Positions 55,835 to 64,000 of a DNA stretch of 64,000 nucleotides are shown here, piece after piece. The stretch's first letter is position 1; each line of letters opens with the position of its first letter. Below the pieces are notes generated by a model. That model saw only the letters and a list, made by a program, of their open reading frames with translations, made no database searches and was not told the DNA's origin. Source of the DNA: Octopus sinensis (taxonomy: Eukaryota); NCBI RefSeq assembly GCF_006345805.1, contig NC_043002.1:65162001-65226000 (forward strand). The letters are read 5' to 3'. Made by a program: the position numbers and the translations under genes.

Positions 55835-56695
55835 ATATACTGATAGATTCTCTGACAAACCGACACAGACGGACGGACTGCCAAACAGATAGATAATAGA
55901 TAAATAGATAGATAAATACATGCATACATACATATATTAAAGCTTGAATTGAGATACCTTGTGTGATATCATAAAAAAATATTGGTAATACTAATGGTAT
56001 AATTGTTCTAGTAGCATATAACTTGAAAGAAATTTCCTTAGATATACATACTGCTATATCTGATAATAACTATCTACACAATTTTATTGATAATATCTTA
56101 TATTTTTAATATATAATTTCGATTAGATATAATAAAGAAGCGTGGAATTGCCGACGCTCAACAATTCATAACAACTGTTGGTCATGACCGACACAACACC
56201 GAGGTAAATGCTTGATGTTTGATTACAGGTTTAGGCATAAAGCTATCAATACAGAAGGGGATCCTATGGATTCTGTCTCATCAATATTTGACTGGCACAT
56301 TTGGTTTCGCGCCTCTGGAGGAATAAGAGTCAAATTTATCAAAGTTAACCTTGGATGGATATGAACTCCGAACCAAGAACGCGGAACATCTACTGCAATG
56401 TAATTTGTCCGATATGTAACCAATGTACCAGATCAATTGAAATATGATATCCTATATAGCGAGCGAAAGGACGCTATCAATTTAACGCTCGAACAAATGT
56501 GTTTTGAGTTTATGTCATTCTGGGAGAAAACTTCCTTGATAACAGAGCTTGCTGATCTTCGTCTCTATCCATCCATATTGGGAAAAGTTTTCATTCCCGG
56601 TCCTCATAAACATTTGCTATGCTTCAAATAATTTAGTTAGTTTCAGCGAGATTTATTGAGTGACATTAAGAAAAGGAGTTCATATATTCTTTATG

Positions 56696-56821
<126 letters not shown>

Positions 56822-56856
56822 CACACACCGACACACACACACACACACACACACAC

Positions 56857-56891
<35 letters not shown>

Positions 56892-56927
56892 TATATATAT
56901 ATATATAGGGAGAGAGAGAGATATTAT

Positions 56928-57163
56928 TTTACTTGTTTCAGTCATTTGACTGCGGCTATACTGGAGCACAGCCTTTAGTCGAGCAAATCGATCCTGTGAC
57001 TTATTCATTGTAAGTCTAGTACTTATTCTATCCGGCACTTTTGCCGAACCGCTAATTTACAGGGACGTAAACACACCAGCATCGGTTGTCAAGCGATGTT
57101 GGGGGGACAAACACAGACACACAAACATATATACAACATACATAGATACATACATATATATAT

Positions 57164-57232
<69 letters not shown>

Positions 57233-57386
57233 ATATAGGGAGAGTTTACGAAAAGAACAAAAGACGAAGACATGTGGTTACAGGGACGTAAACACATAAA
57301 CATCGATTCTCAAGTGGCATGCAAACACATACATGCAAACATACACACACAAACACACAGACACACACACAGACACAGACACACAG

Positions 57387-57419
<33 letters not shown>

Positions 57420-57560
57420 ATATATACGATGGGGTTCACTCACAAAGCTTTCTTCGGCCCGTGGTTATAGTAGAATACACTTACCCCCGGTGTCACGCAG
57501 TGTGACAGAACCCGAAACCATGCCGTTGGTAAGCAAGCTACTTAACACAAAGCCAGCCCT
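56928..57560 (-). mobile_element. SINE family B with expanded, rearranged interior
   Basis: Family B ends; interior (TA)n carries a stub of the 18160-type element and a partial repeat. Confidence 0.8.
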
Positions 57561-57570
57561 ATATATATAT

Positions 57571-57639
<69 letters not shown>

Positions 57640-58252
57640 GGGGCGCAATGGTCTAGAGTTTAGTGCAGCGGATTCGCGGTCGTACGATCATGGTTTCGAT
57701 TCCCAGACCGGACGCTGTGAGTCCACAGGGCTCCGGCAGAGGATGAAGGCGAACCCTGTTGTACACTTTCACCACAAATTTCTCTCACTCTTCCTTCCTG
57801 TTTCTACTGTACCTGCATTTCAAAGGGCCAGCCTTATCACACTCTTTGTTACTCTGAATCACCCTGAGAATTACTTTAAGGGTACATGTGCCTTAATTAC
57901 ATTAAGGCTACATGTGACGGTGATATGGCAGAAACGTTAGCACGTCGGGCGAAATGCTTAGCGATGTCTCACCTGCCGCCACATTCTGAGTTCATATCCC
58001 GCCGAGGTCAACTTCATTCTTTCGGATTCGATTAAATAAGTACCAGTTACGCACTGGGGTCGATATAGTTGACTTAATCCGTTTGTCTCTCCTTGTTTGT
58101 CCTCTCTGTGTTTAGCCCCTTATGAATAGTAAAGAAATAGGTACATGTGTCTGTAGAGTGCTCAGCCACGTGCACATTAATTTCACACGAGCAGGCAGTT
58201 CCGTTCATCGGATAATCTGGAACCTTCGATTTCGTAACCGACGGAGGGCCAC
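57640..58252 (+). mobile_element. SINE with family D head interrupted by a family A SINE (57917-58140)
   Basis: TACATGTG at 57883, 57909 and 58142; the host element appears to resume after 58140. Confidence 0.75.
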
Positions 58253-58263
58253 CATATATATAT

Positions 58264-58294
<31 letters not shown>

Positions 58295-58490
58295 TGGGGG
58301 GCGTAGGAGTGGCTGTGTGGTAAGTGGCTTGCTACCCTACTTCCCATGAGTCTCTGTTGTCAGTGTACGCATGCGTTATTGTGTTGTGCACTGAAGAAGA
58401 TAGCCGGCAGTGTTTAGCGTGCCAAAAGAATCTGCTCAGGATGCTGGTCTTTGCTTGCGGTTCAGCAATGTTGTTCACATTAAGTGAAAT

Positions 58491-58755
58491 TTTTTTTCTC
58501 ATAGTGAGAAGTACAGTTTGGGTGCGTATCCTTCAAACAAAAGTTGTTCACTTTTTAATAGTGTATGTTTTTACAATAACATTTACCATTTATTGCAAAG
58601 CTGTATTTCAAGAGTTCACATTAAGTTAACTTTTTTTCTCATTGTGAGAAGTATAGTTTGGTGACGTATCATGCCACCAAAAGTTATTCGCTGTTTGTAA
58701 ATAGTGTGTATTTTTACAACTACATTTACCAATAATTGGAAAGCTGTATTTCAAG
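58491..58755. repeat. Diverged ~140-bp tandem duplication
   Basis: TTTTTCTCAT.GTGAGAAGTA.AGTTTGG...AAAGCTGTATTTCAAG occurs twice. Confidence 0.85.
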
Positions 58756-59120
58756 TGGAGCAGTCCAGGTTCTAATCGGAGTACCATAGGGCTTGGAGTA
58801 CCTGAATGCCCATAAGGTTTTTGCTGTGTTTTGTTGAACTGTTGTTTTCTTCTTCTATCATGACTTTCTTATTGAACTGCTTGCTTTTTCTTTTCTTCCC
58901 TTTCGTTTTCTTTTGATTTCTCTCTTTTGTTTTTGAAATGTGTGAACTATTGTTTTGGAGTTTTTAAATTTTTTATTTGAAACATGGCAAAAAATACGGA
59001 TAAGATTGTAGAGTGGGAGATTGTCCCAACTAAGGAGTGACTCACACAGCAAGAGGAGGAGATGGTGGTGCTGGGAACATATTCGAAGGTTCTCGACACC
59101 ATTGCCGTCTTCTCTCAGAG

Positions 59121-59251
59121 AACTACAGAAGACTCGTGTTATATGGTTAAAGAATATATTTAAATCGTTATGTTCGGAAAATTTTATAACATTTTACTAA
59201 CATAACGATTTAAATGTATTTTTATCCCTATAACACAAGTCTTCTCTAGTT
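59121..59251. repeat. ~130-bp fold-back element
   Basis: AACTACAGAAGACTCGTGTTATA...TTTAAATCGTTATGTT pairs with AACATAACGATTTAAA...TATAACACAAGTCTTCTCTAGTT. Confidence 0.85.
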
Positions 59252-59510
59252 TTTCACTCTATTTCGTCTTATATATATATATATTTGAAAACCCCACTAG
59301 AATGGGAGAAAGTGCTAATAATCTGAATGATATGATCTGAATGATATGATATATATATAAGTAAAAAAATGTAATATATAAATAAATATCTGTAAATATG
59401 AACCATCCGATCTTCTGATTACCTCATTTCTTCTAATATATAATACCTGTACATCATCTCCAAACCTTCCAATATATATATATATATATATATAATTATA
59501 TATATATATA

Positions 59511-59552
<42 letters not shown>

Positions 59553-59601
59553 TACATATATATATATATATAATAACATATATATATATATATATACATA
59601 C

Positions 59602-59632
<31 letters not shown>

Positions 59633-59683
59633 CATACATATACATATATATATATACTATATATATATATATATATACATATA

Positions 59684-59730
<47 letters not shown>

Positions 59731-60727
59731 TGGGTTTCTTTCAGTTACCGCCTGTCAAATGCACTCACGAGGCTTGAGTCGGCCTGAGGCACTGACAGAA
59801 GACAATTGCCCTAGTTGCCACTCAGTGGGACTGACCCTGGAACCACACTGTTGGACACAAACATAGTTTAATATAAACCGAAACTTAATACAAATCCTTA
59901 GTTTTGGCCCTTGGCTCCTTCGATAATTGTGATTTAATAATGAATATGTGTTATAGTCATATGATTTAGAGCACCTTACAAAAGTCATTAAATACTCGCA
60001 AATGTTATATGCTATTAGGTAGATCGTAGTTAAAATCGCCGTATATAGGTATATAAACTACAGCAATGTAACTGATGAAAGAAAAGAAAATGGGTAGAGA
60101 ATAAGAAGATAATGGGAAAAGTTTAGATAAGAAGAATGATGTAGAAAGAAGAAAGAAAAGATAATAGTACAGAAAAATTAAATGTGAACAATATGTATCG
60201 ATTAAAAAAGCATCTAAATCAAAAGATGTAGATATGATTGGAAGATAACCAAAAGTAGCGGGTATGAGTAATATAGAAAGAATTTATTGTGTAATATGTT
60301 GTTTAAATGAGAACTTATATAACGGTCTGTTTACAAAATAGCGATTAATAGCGAGATAAGAAAAATAAGTTAAAGAGGAGGTGAAGAAATAAAAGAATTA
60401 TTAAGAATGTAACACTATAATATATGGTGTCTGGAAGATATGGAAAAGTTAATTGCAAAGTTTTTAATGTGATGTTATCAATTAATTGTAAAACATTATT
60501 TATATTTATGAGTCTAGATTTTATACCTCGATAGAAATACAATGGGTTGGTTGAGTGGTTATGCGGCTACGAGTGGAAATCTATTGGCTTTTTTTTTTTT
60601 TTTGTGATATAAAATACATAATTAGTTAATGCTAAGATACCCACCGGTACTTCAGTACAAACGAAAGTTTATAGCGGTAGATATAAATTTAGTTTTTAAA
60701 ATCTTTTAAGCACCTGTCTGTCTACCT

Positions 60728-61055
60728 TGGCGTGGCTCTGCAGCAAGAATTTACTTCTCAACAACATGGTTGTGGGTTCACTCACACTATGTGGCACCTT
60801 GGGAGAGTGTGTTCCACCATAACCTCTGGTCGACCAAAGCCTTGGGAGAGTCGATTTGCTAGACGAAAACTGAAATATACGTATATATATGTAGGCACAG
60901 GCGTGGCTGATTGGTAAGAAGCTTGCTTCCCAACCACATGGTTTAGCGTTCAGTCCCACTGCGTGTCACCTTGGGCAAGTGTCTTCTACTATAGCCTCGG
61001 GCTGACCAAAGACTTGTGAGTGTATTAGGTAGACGGAAACTGACAGAAGCCCGAC

Positions 61056-61108
<53 letters not shown>

Positions 61109-61402
61109 AGTTGTATGTATATATACGTGTGTGTATACGTGTGTGTGTGTGTGTGTGCGCGCGCGCGTGTGTGCATATATTTATGTGTGCGTGTCTTTGT
61201 GTCTATGTTGGTCCCCCCAACATCGCTTGAAATGATGTTCGTGTGTTTACGTCCCCGTAACATAGCAGTTCGGCAAAGCAGGCCGATAGAATAAGTACTA
61301 TGCTTATAAAAAATAAGTCTTGGGGGTCGATTCTTTCGACTAAAGGTGCTGCTGCAGCATGGCCGCAGTCAAGTGACTGAAACGTGTAATATAGTAAAAG
61401 AG
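60728..61402 (+). mobile_element. SINE family B: old 5' fragment (60728-60875) followed by a full-length copy (60893-61402)
   Basis: GGCACAGGCGTGGCTG..TGGTAAGAAGC...GTTCAGTCCC...CACCTTGGGCAAGTGTCTTC; another 3' half at ~62490-62675. Confidence 0.88.
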
Positions 61403-62258
61403 ATATATTAGTTCCAAATTTTGGCATCAACCAAGCCAAGCAATTTCGGGATGGGTTGAGTGACTAGTCGATAATTTTATCAACCGCGGGAGGATGACAA
61501 AGTCGAAAACGACTTCCCCAAGGCTTTGGTCAGCCAGAAGTTATAGTTTAAATTTTGGTACCAAGCAATTTCGGAGAAGGGTATACGTCAATTACTTTCA
61601 CCACCGTGATCAATTGTTTCATTAACTATTTCATCAACTTCGAAAGAATGAAATGCAAATTTGGCCTCGACGGAATTTGAAATCAGAGCGGAAAGACGAA
61701 CGGAATGCCGGTAATCGTTTCGCCCGGCTTTCTCACGATACGGCCAGCTCGATCCCTTATGTATACATGTATATAGATAGAAAAAGGTAAGAAAAAATGA
61801 GAGAGGATGCCTAAGCAATTTGAAGTATGAGGGGGTATATTACTTGCGTTCCTTAGAGGAAAACAAACTGCATTATACATAAGCTAAATTTTACAGATGA
61901 TCATTGTATCAAATGTCTAATGATGGCGACATTTAAAAGGAAACTTCAAAAACAAACGAGTGCATATCACATAACATAGTATGCAATTCTTGTTATTTAT
62001 TTAACATTAGAATGTTTGATATCGAAGTAGATAAAAATCTTCCGTTCACTGAATTTTATATATTCACATGTAATATGGAAAGGTTAAACATTGACTATTG
62101 CTGTCCATCAGCTAGCGTTTGATGCCTGGGAAAAGAAACCTGACGACAAGCAGGCAATTGCGTATGGATGAAGGTATGGATGTGTGTGTATATATATATA
62201 GTTAATCCAAGCATGAAAACACAAAGAGCAAACACAACACGAGAACATACACACACAC

Positions 62259-62325
<67 letters not shown>

Positions 62326-62813
62326 ATATATAATATATATATAATATATATATATATATAATATATATGTGTGTGTGTATGTGTGTATATATCTCTTATT
62401 ATAAATATATATATATATATATATAGAAAGATAGATAGATAGATAGATATATCTAGCTAGCTAGCTAGATAGGTATATAGATACATATATGTATGTTTGT
62501 GTGTCTGTGTTTGTCCCCCTACCATCGCTTAATAACCGATATTGGTGTGTTTACCTTCCAACTTAGCGGTTCGGCTGAAGGAATCGATAGAATAAGTCCT
62601 GGGGTCGATTTGTTCGATTACAGGCGGTGCTCCAGCTTGGCCGCAGTCAAATGACTGAAACAAATAAAAGAATAAAATATATATATGTATATATGTATGT
62701 ATCTATCTATCTATTTGTCTGTCTATCTATGTATCTGTCTATCTATCTATGTCTTTCTATCTATCTATCTATATATCTATCTATATATATATCTATCTCT
62801 CTATCTATCTATC

Positions 62814-62895
<82 letters not shown>

Positions 62896-62980
62896 TGTGG
62901 GTGTGTGGGTGTGTTATAAGTATACTTATGTGTTTAAAATTAAAATATAGTTTTTAGTATCAAAGTATGATAAAGTGATG

Positions 62981-63081
62981 TGGAGGCCTGATGATTGGGG
63001 TTATATTGTAAGAACGGTTCCTGCAAAATACGGCGTGGTTAAGGAACCGGAAAATGAACCGCAAGAAACACATGTAGCCCA
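62981..63081 (+). ncRNA. Type I hammerhead motif, canonical core, extended stem II
   Basis: TGGAGGC-CTGATGA-TTGGGGTT...CGGTTCCT/AGGAACCG...AACCGCAA-GAAAC-ACAT-GTA-GCCCA. Confidence 0.68.
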
Positions 63082-63240
63082 GATATATGTAGTAAGTATT
63101 AAATTAAATTAAAATTCTTTTATATGGTGTGATGAAGGGGCCTACTATCTCTAAATGAAAAATTATATATTTCCTCATTGAGAATAATTTGACCCCCTGT
63201 GACGCCGTAATTTTTATTTCCTAACAAACAAAATAAAATG

Positions 63241-63274
<34 letters not shown>

Positions 63275-63352
63275 CTTAGAAGTTTCAAATAGTGAATGTG
63301 TAGCAAAGCTAACGGCAATATCCCAGCATGGTAGCAGCTCTGGAGATTTATA

Positions 63353-63395
<43 letters not shown>

Positions 63396-63693
63396 TTGTG
63401 TGTGTGTGTGTATGTGTGTGCGTGTGTGTGTGAGTGTACGTGTGTGGGCGCGCGCGTTTGGACAAAAAGATGAAGAGGTTGACCATATAAGTTTTATGTC
63501 TCTTTACAGTTAGATGTTGGCACTAATTGATGACTGAACTGCTCCATATATTCTGTGAAGTAGATATTACAGAAATGTTAACCTCAGTTATATTACCATT
63601 ACGGTATTTCTCGGTCATGAGAGTAAATCGCCTAAAATTGTATCAACTAATAAATATTTTGAAACTGATAGAATTTTTAAAATTTTATGCCTC

Positions 63694-63834
63694 AAGGCTA
63701 TGACATGTAAGGCTACAACACGTAAGGCTACGACACGTAAGGCTACGACACGTAAGGCTACGACATGTAAGGCTATAACACTTAAGACTACGGCATGTAA
63801 GGCTATAACACGTAAAGCTACGACACGTAAGACT
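63694..63834. repeat. 15-bp minisatellite (AAGGCTACGACACGT) x ~9
   Basis: Direct reading; head-to-tail units without spacers. Confidence 0.92.
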
Positions 63835-64000
63835 TTCATGTCAATGCACAGTACTTTGTTCAAATGATGATGATGATGATACCTGCGGCGAGTGAGAAAA
63901 ATACTGGCTTCAAAGCTGAATGCTAAAAACATAATTTCGGCAATAAACTCGTGCGCAGTCGCAGTAGTTCAGTTTGGCACTGGAATCCTGAAATGGACAG

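Noticed and set aside
60072-60078. Isolated CTGATGA heptamers (also ~19170, ~53239, ~9360 minus)
   Set aside because: No convincing stem II, GAAA and stem I arrangement; expected by chance.
63694-63834. CRISPR-like array
   Set aside because: Units are head-to-tail with no unique spacers, and there are no cas genes; the context is eukaryotic.

Overview
AT-rich, microsatellite-saturated eukaryotic DNA. The SINE repertoire and repeat landscape resemble octopus/cephalopod genomic DNA (inference from recalled sequence; no search run). No complete protein-coding gene can be supported. There is one candidate minus-strand start exon (~36.2-36.4 kb) beside two octamer motifs. Nearly all supplied ORFs are translations of microsatellites or SINEs. 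Recognisable content: at least four tRNA-derived SINE families (often nested), two decayed mariner elements, two truncated R4/Dong-type LINE 3' ends in (TAA)n, fragments of Penelope-like, RTE, Tx1/L1 and Merlin elements, a complete non-autonomous Helitron, and a 1.3 kb tandem duplication with a later SINE insertion. The main unexplained signal is about ten type I hammerhead-ribozyme (HHR) motifs in short, structured, non-coding elements, most next to (TA)n-type tracts. Some sit in partial tandem repeats (563 bp and 492 bp periods), as expected for retrozyme or Penelope-LTR-type elements. Several carry variant catalytic cores (U3-A8, C6, U6). All folds were paired by eye and need computational and biochemical confirmation.
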